A stretch of DNA of 64,000 bases from an uncultured archaeon (lineage in GTDB: Archaea; Thermoproteota; Bathyarchaeia; Bathyarchaeales; Bathycorpusculaceae): assembly GCA_963810275.1 (NCBI GenBank), contig CAWENF010000026.1:1-64000 (forward strand). Reading direction: 5' to 3'. The notes under the pieces were generated by a model. It was not told the DNA's origin. It searched no databases and was given only the letters and a program-made list of their open reading frames with translations. Positions 51,675-61,453 of the stretch are shown here, in pieces (positions within the stretch are counted from its first letter, which is position 1; each line of letters opens with the position of its first letter). Position numbers and translations under genes: made by a program.

Positions 51675-51864
51675 TTAAACGTTTTTGCGGTTCTTGCCGC
51701 CTTTTCTACCTATTTCGCGATAAAGCGCTACCCCTCTCCCGCCACTTTTTCCTTACCTACTACTACCTATTGCTTTATAGAAGTAGAATCCATGTTCAAA
51801 TGTAACTTTTCTGGAACCCGTCTGCCCGCTTGTTGCTTACTCGTTTTTGATCTATACCTATCAT
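51675..51864 (-). pseudogene. Decayed fifth KGG/GsiB-type gene
   Basis: Fragments QAGR, EHGFYFYKAIG, EKVA, YREIGRKGGKNRKNV* in shifting frames. Confidence 0.6.
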
Positions 51865-51929
51865 TCTTACCGTCAAGCACGGGCCTCGAAAGAAAAAATG
51901 CTACAAAAAGACTAAAAAGCGGCTTGAAT

Positions 51930-52211
51930 TTATTCTATTCTTCCAATTTCTTTTGTTATGTCAATTGGGGACTTGTATATTTTTTCTGGCAACTTCTTGA
52001 TTAAGCTTATGACGTCACCCGGGGCATTATTGTTTTCTGCGTTGCTTTGCAGTTTGGACCTTTCAGCGGGGAACCGCGTACCTGCCAAATACTTCTCCAC
52101 TATGGCTGGGCTAACATGCCCAGACTTTCCTCTGCGGTGGGTATATTGACGCCTCGAACCTTTACCTTGACTTATACCGACACGACGCGTAGACGGTTGC
52201 AGTTGACCCGT
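51930..52211 (-). CDS. DUF2795-like protein with ACG in the start position
   Basis: GGAGGTGA RBS then ACG; 93 open codons with VSPAIVEKYLAGTRFPA..L...A..NNAP.DV..LI.KLP...Y.SP.DI.KEIG. Confidence 0.72.
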   Translation of the reverse strand, partial: TGQLQPSTRRVGISQGKGSRRQYTHRRGKSGHVSPAIVEKYLAGTRFPAERSKLQSNAENNNAPGDVISLIKKLPEKIYKSPIDITKEIGRIE

Positions 52212-52260
52212 ATTTATTCACCTCCAAAATTTAATTTAGCCAAACAACGAGGATTTTAAG

Positions 52261-52431
52261 TTACATTGATTTTTCTCGTTGTTTACCCTCTTCAATTAAC
52301 CTACGAACTTTTTGACCACCCTTATGGCCAATTTCACTGTAAAATTTTTCTCCATGTGTTTGAGCAGTGCGTTCGCCGCCTAACCGGCCTGCCTCCTCTA
52401 CGCTCATTTTACCTTTCTTTTTATTTTCCAA
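52261..52431 (-). CDS. KGG/GsiB/Em (LEA group 1-like) stress hydrophilin
   Basis: MSVEEAGRLGG..HGEKFYSEIGHKGG; TTG start after GGAGGTGA. Confidence 0.88.
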   Translation of the reverse strand: MENKKKGKMSVEEAGRLGGERTAQTHGEKFYSEIGHKGGQKVRRLIEEGKQREKSM

Positions 52432-52507
52432 CCGATTCACCTCCTTATTGATTTCAGTTTTTGGAGATAGCTTACAGGTTAGTTGTAAGAAGTCGCCTGC
52501 TCCCCGC

Positions 52508-52759
52508 TCATTCCTTTTCATGCGCTTTACCCTCTTTAATTAGGGTTTTTACTCTTTGACCTCCACGGTGCCCTGACTCTTCGAGACTAGTCTTTCCTTC
52601 CGCCTCCGCTGAACCCTCATGCTGCTTAGCACGCTCCGAACCACCCTTACTCCCAATCTCACAATAAAATTCAGGCCCATGAGTCGCTGAAGTTTTTTCG
52701 CCGCCCCTTCGCCCGGCTTCTTCAACAGTCATTTTGCCCTTCCTTGTAGCTTCACTCAT
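52508..52759 (-). CDS. KGG/GsiB/Em stress hydrophilin
   Basis: MTVEEAGRRGG..HGPEFYCEIGSKGG; GGAGGTGA RBS. Confidence 0.88.
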   Translation of the reverse strand: MSEATRKGKMTVEEAGRRGGEKTSATHGPEFYCEIGSKGGSERAKQHEGSAEAEGKTSLEESGHRGGQRVKTLIKEGKAHEKE

Positions 52760-53343
52760 TGTCTCACCTCCAAAAAAACCTTCGAAGCTTATGCAACAGG
52801 TTCTTAGCTTTCAACAAGCCTTAAACTTATGTGGCTGACCAACTGTAGTAACATGGTATAATTAGCTCGGGGTTTGGAGCGCCTAAAGTCAACTCTAAAT
52901 AAAAAACAAAAAGAATGACGTGAATTAAGTATTATTGATGTTCACTTGCTTTGCCTTCTTGGATGAGTTTTCGGACTCGTTGGCCGCCTCTAGGTCCGCC
53001 TATGCGTCCGCCTTTACGTCCTATTTCGCTGTAGAATTCTTCGCCATGCGTCTGTGAAGTCTTTAAACCACCTTTGCGGCCTGCCTCCGCTACTGTCATC
53101 TTACCTTTTTTTTCCTCCAAAACTTTTCACCTCCAAAAAAATTTCATATAAGAGCACGGAAGCAAACAAAAACAATAATCAAATAGTTTTATGCTCTCTC
53201 GCGCTCTTTTCCTGCTTGAATCAAACGTCTAACTCGTTGTCCTCCTCTGTGTCCCGCCTCTTCGAGACTAGTCTTTCCTTCCGCCTCCGCTGAACCCTCA
53301 TGCTGCTTAGCACGCTCCGAACCACCCTTACTCCCAATCTCAC
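52577..53343. repeat. 86-bp identical direct repeat (52577-52662 and 53258-53343)
   Basis: CTCTTCGAGACTAG...CCCAATCTCAC identical base by base in two hydrophilin genes. Confidence 0.9.
52932..53120 (-). CDS. KGG/GsiB/Em stress hydrophilin
   Basis: MTVAEAGRKGG..HGEEFYSEIGRKGG; GGAGGTGA RBS. Confidence 0.88.
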   Translation of the reverse strand: MEEKKGKMTVAEAGRKGGLKTSQTHGEEFYSEIGRKGGRIGGPRGGQRVRKLIQEGKASEHQ

Positions 53344-53509
53344 TATAAAACTCAGGTCCGCGTTCAGAACTGACTTTTTCTCCGCCTTTTCTACCTATTT
53401 CTTCGTAGAATTCACGTCCGTGAGTAGCAGCGGTTTTTTGTCCTCCTTTACGTCCTGCTTCTGCAACTGTCATTTTGCCCTTTTTAGCCTCTTCAGATCG
53501 TGTACTCAA
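53189..53509 (-). CDS. KGG/GsiB/Em stress hydrophilin (longest copy)
   Basis: EAGRKGG, EFYEEIGRKGG, EFYSEIGSKGG, EAGHRGG; TTG start after GGAGGTGA. Confidence 0.88.
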   Translation of the reverse strand: MSTRSEEAKKGKMTVAEAGRKGGQKTAATHGREFYEEIGRKGGEKVSSERGPEFYSEIGSKGGSERAKQHEGSAEAEGKTSLEEAGHRGGQRVRRLIQAGKERERA

Positions 53510-53750
53510 AAACTTCACCTCCTAAAATACTACGGAAAAGTAAACATTAATAATGCCGAATAAGGGCTCATAAACATATGTTGTTGGCGCATGTTAGCAA
53601 CACGCCCCTTTTGCCAATTCCTCACCAAACTAAACATGAAAATATGCGCCCGAAATCAGCTAGCAAATGTAGGGTAGTCCCATAAGGTGGGTAGAAGTTA
53701 ACTTAAATACAGTGAATTATCCACTAAATAGATCATTGAGTACCCACAAG

Positions 53751-55232
53751 ATGAAAATTCTCCTAATTAACCCTCCACAGACGTTTTACGCTGGGTCAGA
53801 GCCACCCGCTGGGAACCTGCCGTTAGGCTTAATGTACATAGCTGCTGTGCTCAAAAAAGCGGGGTATACTGTGGAGATTTTGGACGCCTTCTTTTTAGGC
53901 GCAGACTACTCAGAAGATGATGACGTTATAACCGTTGGACTAAGCAGTGAACAGATAAAACAAGAAATCCAAAAACGCAAACCCGACATAGTGGGCGTGG
54001 CAGGTCCATTCACGTGCCAAGTCGGACATGCAATCGAAGTCTGCAAAGCCACCAAAGAAACCGACCCCAGCATCTTAGTTGTTGTCGGTGGACCACATGT
54101 AACTTTAATGCCCAAAGAATTCCTTTCAGAAAACCTCTGTGTGGATGTGGTAGTGACTGGCGAAGGCGAATATACCATGCTTGAAATCGTCCAACGCTAT
54201 GAAAAGAAAAAGGATTTCAACGGCGTTTTAGGCGTCGCTTATCGAGATGGCGACGAAGTAGTTGTTAACCCACTGCGCCCTTTCATATGCGATCTTGACG
54301 AACTGCCCTATCCCGCCTACGATTTGGTGGACATGGAGCAGTATTTGGGTCCAAGCAAAATCGGCTACCGTAGCTTTCAAGACCGCTCCGTCTCAATGGT
54401 AACGAGCCGTGGCTGCCCGTTTAACTGCTGCTTCTGCGCCGTCCACTTACACATGGGACATAAATTCCGTGCCCACTCTGCGGAGTACGTGCTTGATCAC
54501 ATCCAATACGTGGTGGATAAATACAATGTACGCAACATCTTTTTTGAAGACGACAACTTGACGCTGGATTTGAAGCGGTTTGAAGCCATCTGTGACGGCT
54601 TAATCCAACGTAGACTGCACGTGGGCTGGGAAACCCCCAACGGTGTCCGAGCAGACTGCCTAACAATGGAGCTGCTTAAGAAAATGAAGCGGTCAGGTGT
54701 CAAAAGCATCTTTGTAGGCGTGGAGTCAGGCGACCAGCAAATCCTTGATAACGTCATCTGCAAAAGCCTAAACCTTGACCGTGTTGTCGAGTTTGCCAAA
54801 AACAGCCACGAATTGGGATTGAAGACTGGTGCTTTCTACATTATTGGGTTCCCTGGGGAAACTAAGGAGAATATGCAGCACACCGTTGATTTCGCTTTAA
54901 TGCTTAAACGCAAATATGATGTGGGTATGCATTTGTTTGCCGCGACGCCTAGCTATGGCACAAGGCTTTATGATGAATGTAAAGCTAAAGGATATTTGCC
55001 GGCGGATTTATCTTGGAACAGTTTTGCACAGGCAAGACAAGCCAAGGGGTTGCCATTGATCACTACACCTGATTTTGCGCCGGAGGAGGTCAAGGAGATA
55101 GCTGCGAGGGCTCTGGCGGAATATAAGAAACTATCTTTGTTGGGACACTTTAAGCATCCGCGAAAAACCTTGCGAACGGTATTTGACCAGCCACAGTTGA
55201 TTATAAAGTACATAAAAAACCTTATTTCCTAA
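53751..55232 (+). CDS. Cobalamin-binding radical SAM protein
   Basis: MKILLINPP, PLGLMYIAA, GGPH, GEGE, SRGCPFNCCFC, DDN, GVESG, GFPGET. Confidence 0.9.
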   Translation: MKILLINPPQTFYAGSEPPAGNLPLGLMYIAAVLKKAGYTVEILDAFFLGADYSEDDDVITVGLSSEQIKQEIQKRKPDIVGVAGPFTCQVGHAIEVCKATKETDPSILVVVGGPHVTLMPKEFLSENLCVDVVVTGEGEYTMLEIVQRYEKKKDFNGVLGVAYRDGDEVVVNPLRPFICDLDELPYPAYDLVDMEQYLGPSKIGYRSFQDRSVSMVTSRGCPFNCCFCAVHLHMGHKFRAHSAEYVLDHIQYVVDKYNVRNIFFEDDNLTLDLKRFEAICDGLIQRRLHVGWETPNGVRADCLTMELLKKMKRSGVKSIFVGVESGDQQILDNVICKSLNLDRVVEFAKNSHELGLKTGAFYIIGFPGETKENMQHTVDFALMLKRKYDVGMHLFAATPSYGTRLYDECKAKGYLPADLSWNSFAQARQAKGLPLITTPDFAPEEVKEIAARALAEYKKLSLLGHFKHPRKTLRTVFDQPQLIIKYIKNLIS

Positions 55233-55459
55233 GCTAACTTGCGGATTATAGCTGACAAAGATCCAGCCACTAACACTCCAAAATTCATAAGGAAATCCAA
55301 AACTAAATTATGCAATGCAACAAGCGCACAATCGATGAAAAGACGAAAGGCAATTGCTTGCCTTAAAAAATGTAGAAAACCTGCTTTAACATGTCTCCCA
55401 TCGGCCACCAACGCCATTATCTTCTAATTGAAAAACAAAAACAACGAGGGAAAGCCTTA

Positions 55460-56284
55460 TCAAACTTTGACTTTTTTAGCCAGTTTGTCAATGATGCTTT
55501 GGAAAATCAGTTTCCCATCCCCATACCGTAGGTTGCTCTGGACGCTGGTCCAGTTGGGTTGCTGCCACCAGTACATCGCCCGCTCGGGATGCGGCATCAA
55601 ACCGAAAATGTTACCTTCCTTGTTGCATATACCGGCTATGTCGTAGAAGCTGCCATTGGGGTTAGTTGGATAAGCGCCGTCTGCTGTTTTTCCGTTTTTG
55701 TTGCAGTAGCGGAACACAAGCATGTCTTCGTCGATTAGCCGCTTAAGCAGCGCTTCTTCTTTTTCTTTGGGGAATAGCCAGCGGCCTTCGCCGTGTGCTA
55801 TAGGGAGGCTTATGGTTTTGCCCTTGGGGATTGCTTGGGTGAACATGCATTTGCCGCGGTTTTCCTGTTTGAGGTAGATCCATTTACATTTGAACCCTGC
55901 GGGCTCGTTAGTTGTCAGTGTCGCTTCTGGATAGTCGCGTACACCGCTGAAGCCTGGGAGCAAACCATATTCGACCAAGATTTGGAAGCCGTTACAGATG
56001 CCAAGGACTGGGCGGCCTTCGTCGACGAACATTTCGATTTCCTTGCCTAAATTAGCTGCCAAATGCCTTGCGAAAATAACACCTGAACGCACGTAGTCAC
56101 CGTAGCTGAAACCGCCTGGAAAAACAAGCATATCGTAGTCGAGCAGTGTGTGACGTTTGATTAGTTCACTAACCTGCAGTGTTTCAGCTTGGGCACCGAG
56201 TTCAGTGAATGCTCGTTGGGTTTCAGCGTCACAGTTTGTACCGCCAACGCGTAATACGCAGACTTTGATGTCTTTTACTTTCAT
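55460..56284 (-). CDS. purQ: FGAM synthase glutaminase subunit
   Basis: GTNCD, PGGFSYGD, GICNGFQ, AHGEG, NPNGS, MPHPER. Confidence 0.96.
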   Translation of the reverse strand: MKVKDIKVCVLRVGGTNCDAETQRAFTELGAQAETLQVSELIKRHTLLDYDMLVFPGGFSYGDYVRSGVIFARHLAANLGKEIEMFVDEGRPVLGICNGFQILVEYGLLPGFSGVRDYPEATLTTNEPAGFKCKWIYLKQENRGKCMFTQAIPKGKTISLPIAHGEGRWLFPKEKEEALLKRLIDEDMLVFRYCNKNGKTADGAYPTNPNGSFYDIAGICNKEGNIFGLMPHPERAMYWWQQPNWTSVQSNLRYGDGKLIFQSIIDKLAKKVKV

Positions 56285-58668
56285 TGGGAATCCTCCTCGC
56301 TGTTCAATGTCTTTTTCCACGCATACCGCAGTTTATCCAGCGGTGCCTCAACGGCGACTTTGCCTTTTAACCCGACGATTTTGAGTTTGGGTTGCTTAGT
56401 GACTTTGCCTATTGCGGCGCAGTTTTTGCCCTTCATGAGTTTTTTAAAATCAGCTTTGGCTTCTGGGGCGACTTCAATCAGGAAGCGGCTGTTAGACTCC
56501 GAGAACAACAGGAAATCACTGCGTTTGACGCCTTTGGCTGGAACTTCTCGCAAGTCAAGCTCCAACCCTAAACCCGACGCAAACGCCATCTCAGCCGCAG
56601 CAACTGCCAACCCGCCCTCTGACAGGTCGTGACATGCTTTAACCAAGCCTTGGTCGATGGCTTTGGTGACAGCTTTAAAGGTACGTTTGGCTTTTCCGCC
56701 GCGGACTTTGGGCACGGATGCACCAAGGTAGCCTTTGAGTTTGTAGTACTCGCTGCCTCCGAGTTCAGGGTAGGTCTCGCCGATTATGTAGAGCAAATTG
56801 CCTTCTGATTTGAGATCCATGGATGTCGTGACTCCTATGTTGGGTAAGACGCCGACGGCAGTGACTAGCAGGGTTGGCGTGACAGGTCCGAGAGGTGACT
56901 CGTTGTAGAGGCTGTCTTTACCTGAAATAAATGGTGTTTTAAAGAGAATTGAGAAGTCGTAGCAGGCTTCGCAGGCACGAACCAGCGAACCAAGTCGCTC
57001 TGGCTTCTCAGGATTACCCCATACAAAGTTGTCAAGCAACGCGATTCTTCTGCCGCCTACAGCGACGTTGTTGCGGATGGCTTCATCTATGGCTGACGCC
57101 GCCATCCAGTAAGCGTCGATTTTGCCGTAGTTGCAGTTCATGCCGCAGCTAATGGCCAATCCTTTCGCCGAGTCTTCCACAGGCTTGAGAACGGCACCAT
57201 CGTTGGGCCCCGCCAAATCACCCTGAAGCGGCTTGAGAGTTGTGTTGCCTTTGACTTCGTGGTCGTAGGTGCGAACAATGGCTTCTTTGCTGGCAATGTT
57301 AGGCGCTGAGAGAAGCTGCAGAAGGGCTTCGGTAAGGTCTTTTGGCTCCTCAAACACTGGCTCAGCCAGCTTTGGGGTTTCAATGACTGCGACTTTGCTG
57401 CTCTCGCACAAGTTAAACATAAACTCCATGTCGATATCCGCTACAACCTCCTCGTCGAAGGTGAGTTGCAGGCGGCGTTCAGGGATAAGTCGACCTATGG
57501 CGGTTGCTGTTACATCTTCTTTCTCAAAAATTGCCATAACTCGCTCTAAATTCTCGGGCGGAACAGTCATCAACATGCGTTCTTGTGACTCGGAAATGTA
57601 GATTTCCCATGGCGCCAACCCCTGATATTTCAAAGGAACCTTAGCCAAATCCACTCGCACACCGCAGCCGAAGCGCTCTCCGGTTTCGCCAACAGCAGAA
57701 GATAAGCCTCCGCCGCCAATATCAGTAATCGCTGAACCAAGCCCGAGGTCGCGGATTTCCACCACAGTGCGTTTGACTTTTTCTTCCTCGATGGGATCTG
57801 CGATTTGCACGGCGGGGCGCGAGATTACCTCGGATTTCTCGGTGAGTTCCGCTGAGGCGAAGGTTACGCCATGAATGCCGTCTCGTCCAGTTTTGCCGCC
57901 TGACAGCACAATGTAGTCTCCGACTTTGGCATTTTTAGTGTACTTATTTAGGGGCAATAGTCCGATGCAGCCGCAGTAGACGACGACGTTGCCTGTGTAG
58001 GATTCGTCGAAGTATATGGCGCCATTGACTGTGGGGATGCCCATGTTGTTTCCGTACGCGCTGATGCCCGCTGTGACGCCCATGTAGACGTATTTGGGGT
58101 GCTTGACGCCAGGGGGCAACTTTGTGTAATCGTAATCGAGGGGTCCAAAGCCCAAGACATCGGTGCATGCGATGGGATCCCCCCACACTCCTAAGATGTC
58201 ACGGATGACGCCGCCGGTGCCTGTTGCTGCGCCTCCAAACGGCTCCACCGCAGAGGGGTGATTGTGGGTTTCCACTTTTGCGGCGATGCCGTAGCCCCTG
58301 TCAAATTTGATTATCCCCGCGTTATCCTCAAAGACGCTGAAGCACCAGGGGGCTTTGATTTGTTTGGTGGCTTTGGAGATGTAGGTTTTGAAGAGGCTCT
58401 GGATAGTTTTGCCGTTGAGGTAGATTTTGCCTTTGAAGGTTTTGTGACAGCAGTGTTCGCTCCAAGTTTGGCTAATGGTTTGCAGTTCTACGTCGGTTGG
58501 GCTGCGGCTTTCGGTTTTAAAGTAAGTTTGAATTGCTAAAAGCTCATCTAAACTAAAGCCCAAAGCGAGTTCGCTGTTGATTTCGCCAAGCTGCTCTTTC
58601 GTTGCGTTGGCTATGGCGAATTCTAAAACGGGGCTGGTTTTGCGTTGGGTGATAAGGTCAGAGTTCAT
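56281..58668 (-). CDS. purL: FGAM synthase large subunit
   Basis: WSEHC, ETHNHPS, GGAATG, GRDGIHG, SESQER, SGKDS, HDLSEGG. Confidence 0.96.
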   Translation of the reverse strand: MNSDLITQRKTSPVLEFAIANATKEQLGEINSELALGFSLDELLAIQTYFKTESRSPTDVELQTISQTWSEHCCHKTFKGKIYLNGKTIQSLFKTYISKATKQIKAPWCFSVFEDNAGIIKFDRGYGIAAKVETHNHPSAVEPFGGAATGTGGVIRDILGVWGDPIACTDVLGFGPLDYDYTKLPPGVKHPKYVYMGVTAGISAYGNNMGIPTVNGAIYFDESYTGNVVVYCGCIGLLPLNKYTKNAKVGDYIVLSGGKTGRDGIHGVTFASAELTEKSEVISRPAVQIADPIEEEKVKRTVVEIRDLGLGSAITDIGGGGLSSAVGETGERFGCGVRVDLAKVPLKYQGLAPWEIYISESQERMLMTVPPENLERVMAIFEKEDVTATAIGRLIPERRLQLTFDEEVVADIDMEFMFNLCESSKVAVIETPKLAEPVFEEPKDLTEALLQLLSAPNIASKEAIVRTYDHEVKGNTTLKPLQGDLAGPNDGAVLKPVEDSAKGLAISCGMNCNYGKIDAYWMAASAIDEAIRNNVAVGGRRIALLDNFVWGNPEKPERLGSLVRACEACYDFSILFKTPFISGKDSLYNESPLGPVTPTLLVTAVGVLPNIGVTTSMDLKSEGNLLYIIGETYPELGGSEYYKLKGYLGASVPKVRGGKAKRTFKAVTKAIDQGLVKACHDLSEGGLAVAAAEMAFASGLGLELDLREVPAKGVKRSDFLLFSESNSRFLIEVAPEAKADFKKLMKGKNCAAIGKVTKQPKLKIVGLKGKVAVEAPLDKLRYAWKKTLNSEEDSQ

Positions 58669-58916
58669 TTTACTTCAACAACACTTATAGTGTAGTTGTC
58701 TTTGGTTGGGTTAGCGAGGAGACGTTTGCTCATTTCCTCAGCTTTAGCTTTTGCCTCTATGGCTGAAGTTGCTTCTAGAAATACAGTGTAAATTTTGCTT
58801 ACGTCAACGGCTGAAGCGTTGTAGCCTAGTTCGACGAGCATTCGCTGGGTGGTTTCGCCTTCCGGGTTGCTGTGTCCGGGTTTGAGGCTTACTTCGATTT
58901 TAGCGGCGTATTTCAT
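58665..58916 (-). CDS. purS: FGAM synthase PurS subunit
   Basis: LKPG..NPEG, LLANP; overlaps purL start. Confidence 0.92.
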   Translation of the reverse strand: MKYAAKIEVSLKPGHSNPEGETTQRMLVELGYNASAVDVSKIYTVFLEATSAIEAKAKAEEMSKRLLANPTKDNYTISVVEVK

Positions 58917-59178
58917 GAGTCTTTAAATTAAGCTGTAGAGATTTAAACGCTTTCGTCACAAAAAATGCAAAATTCCACGGTTAAAACGGGTGTTCTGTTT
59001 TCCCTATTTGTGTGCGTGCAGAGTTCTACAGCACCACAAGACTAACTGCATCTGCAATTGCTTTTCGGATTCAGGTTGCATTTCAACGTCTGAACACGGT
59101 GGGGCAACAGAGATTTCATGCACTGCCAACATAGACTTTGTTGAAACCGCCGAGGTGCGGTTTGGAAGCATATTGAGT

Positions 59179-60261
59179 TTACGTTAAAACCATATGTTTA
59201 CCCGCGTGCTCTATCTCGACGACACGCTCTTTGTCAGTGACTTCCCCAATAACTTTCGGGTTGAAACTGTCATGCTCCAGTGCGTTCATGGCTTTATCCT
59301 CGTCAGTCTTGCTGACAATTATGCCAAACCCCCAGCCCATGTTAAAGGTTCTAAACATTTCCTCGTCAGTCACAGTTAAGCCCAGCTCAGCAGCGGTTTT
59401 CTGGAGTAACCCGAAAATCGGCTGAGGATTAAAATTGTCGAAGCGGAACCCTATGCCAGGCGAAAACTTAACAAGGTTATTGAATTTCATGTAACTGTCG
59501 CCAGTTATGTGCACGGCACCTTTAACCTTGACTTCCCCTGCCAGCTTGAGAAGCGGCTTGACGTAAATCTTGGTTGGCTCCAACGCCTCCAACCCAACCT
59601 CACTCTCTAAGCCTTCTGGGATGTCTGTGGCTTCATATTTACCGCCCCACCGCTTAAACAGGATTTTACGTGCCATCGTAATCCCGTTGCTATGCAAACC
59701 GTTACTAGCAATCCCAATGATTGGGTCACCGGGTTTGATACCTTCACCCTTTATGATGTTTTGCCGCTCCACTATGCCGATGCAGGAGGCAACCATGTCA
59801 AAACCCGAATTCGGCATTAAGCCCTTGATGATTTCCGCCACGTCGCCTGTTTCGCCATTAACTATTGGGCACCCAGATTGCTCTGCGCCCTCGATTACTC
59901 CTTTGAGCCAATCGTTGACAAGTTTGGGTTCGCTAGCCACTGCGTGAATGTTGTCTGCTAAAGCAAGTGGTTTTGCGCCGCTACGGATAACGTCGTTAAC
60001 CACCATGGCTACGGCGTCTATGCCTATGGTGTCATGTTTACCTGCAAGTTCAGCAAGTAAAACTTTGGTGCCTACACCTTCGATTTCAAGGTCCAAAAAC
60101 GTGTTTTCGCCGATAGGGAAAATGTTGCTGTATGGCAGGTGCATGATACCGCCAAAGCCTATGTGGCGGTAGGTTTGTTTGAGTGTTGAGAGGGCTTTTT
60201 TTGATTCTTGGCGTTGTTCTCGGTTGACGCCTGCGTCGGTGTAGGTAAAGTTTCTAGGCAA
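59179..60261 (-). CDS. purM: AIR synthetase
   Basis: YTDAGV, EGVGTK, GID.VAM.VND, GET, SNGLHSNG, HITG, TFNMG. Confidence 0.95.
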   Translation of the reverse strand: MPRNFTYTDAGVNREQRQESKKALSTLKQTYRHIGFGGIMHLPYSNIFPIGENTFLDLEIEGVGTKVLLAELAGKHDTIGIDAVAMVVNDVIRSGAKPLALADNIHAVASEPKLVNDWLKGVIEGAEQSGCPIVNGETGDVAEIIKGLMPNSGFDMVASCIGIVERQNIIKGEGIKPGDPIIGIASNGLHSNGITMARKILFKRWGGKYEATDIPEGLESEVGLEALEPTKIYVKPLLKLAGEVKVKGAVHITGDSYMKFNNLVKFSPGIGFRFDNFNPQPIFGLLQKTAAELGLTVTDEEMFRTFNMGWGFGIIVSKTDEDKAMNALEHDSFNPKVIGEVTDKERVVEIEHAGKHMVLT

Positions 60262-60541
60262 ACCTGTGTTCCTCGGGTAGTATTCGTTTTTTGTTAGAGA
60301 TAACGGTTATGCTTCTGGAGTTTGAAAGCTCCTTCTTGTTATGGGTGTCCTGATTGGTTTTCGTTTAGTTTTGTGAAAAATTTTTTTCAATTATTTATTG
60401 GCTGCGGCTTTGATCCCACAAACTTCTGTGCTTGCAAACAGTTTTGGTCTGGTTTTTTTATCTAAACATGTATGTTGGGTTGCTTGCGGAAACACAAGCA
60501 GCTTCAAAAAATAAAAAATGCTGTTGCGGAATGCAGGTTTG

Positions 60542-61453
60542 TTAAATCAACACTAAATCGGCTTCGGTTGGTAAACCGTCGCGTGCACCCATTTTCATGA
60601 CGCTTCTGGACGCCACAAAGTTACCGAGGCGGCCACATTCGAAAAGCGGCTTGTTATGGATTAAACCGTAGAGGAAACCCGCATCGAAAGCGTCGCCTGC
60701 ACCTGTGGTGTCCACTGCGGCAACTTTGTAGGGTTGGATTATGTCTTTTTGTTGTCCGTTTGTGAGGTAGCAGCCTTTAGCGCCTAATTTGACGGCAACG
60801 ATTTGTACGCCCATGTTGAGCAAAGCTTGTGCACCTTTGGGTATTTCAGATTCGCCCGTGATTAGCCTGAGTTCCAGCTGGTTGGGCATCATAACAAAAC
60901 TATTCTGGATTATGGGTTCAATGGCGGCTATCCCCTTCTGTGCGTAGAGGGAGCCAGGGTCAAAGCTGACTTTAACGTGCTCGGGCAGAAAGCTCATCAG
61001 TTTTTTCTGGGTACGGAACGATTTTTCGCCCACAAAGGATGAGAGGTGAAGGAATTGTGTATTGGTGACGTAGGGCGGGTTTATTTCCCGGAACTCGATA
61101 GTGTCATTGACGCCGGGGTTAATGTATAGCGCCCGTGCACCTTTCTTATCGACAAAGCCTATACAGACACCACTTTTGCCTTTCGGCGAGCGTACAATTC
61201 CGTCGGTGTCAACTCCTTCCTGTGCGAAGCAGTCAATTTGGAGTTTGCCCTCATGGTCGTCGGCGACTTTGCCGACAAAACCGACTTTGCAGGCCAACCG
61301 TGCCAAGCCAACCATGGTGTTAGCTGCTGAACCCCCGCATGCCTCCGCATAGTCATGGATGAAACTCTCCTCTTCAGGGCCAGCTATCTTGTCGACTTTA
61401 AGCAACGTATCAACGTTGAGTGCTCCAAATCCTACTACATCAAAGCGTGTCAT
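60542..61453 (-). CDS. PfkB/ribokinase-family kinase (EhaT-like)
   Basis: GALNVD, GGSAAN, DPG, KLGAKG, DTTGAGDAF; ATG overlaps the ftr-like stop (ATGA). Confidence 0.9.
   Translation of the reverse strand: MTRFDVVGFGALNVDTLLKVDKIAGPEEESFIHDYAEACGGSAANTMVGLARLACKVGFVGKVADDHEGKLQIDCFAQEGVDTDGIVRSPKGKSGVCIGFVDKKGARALYINPGVNDTIEFREINPPYVTNTQFLHLSSFVGEKSFRTQKKLMSFLPEHVKVSFDPGSLYAQKGIAAIEPIIQNSFVMMPNQLELRLITGESEIPKGAQALLNMGVQIVAVKLGAKGCYLTNGQQKDIIQPYKVAAVDTTGAGDAFDAGFLYGLIHNKPLFECGRLGNFVASRSVMKMGARDGLPTEADLVLI

Noticed and set aside
58990-59187. Cys-rich 65-aa ORF antisense within the pur cluster
   Set aside because: No consistent metal-binding spacing or RBS; likely spurious
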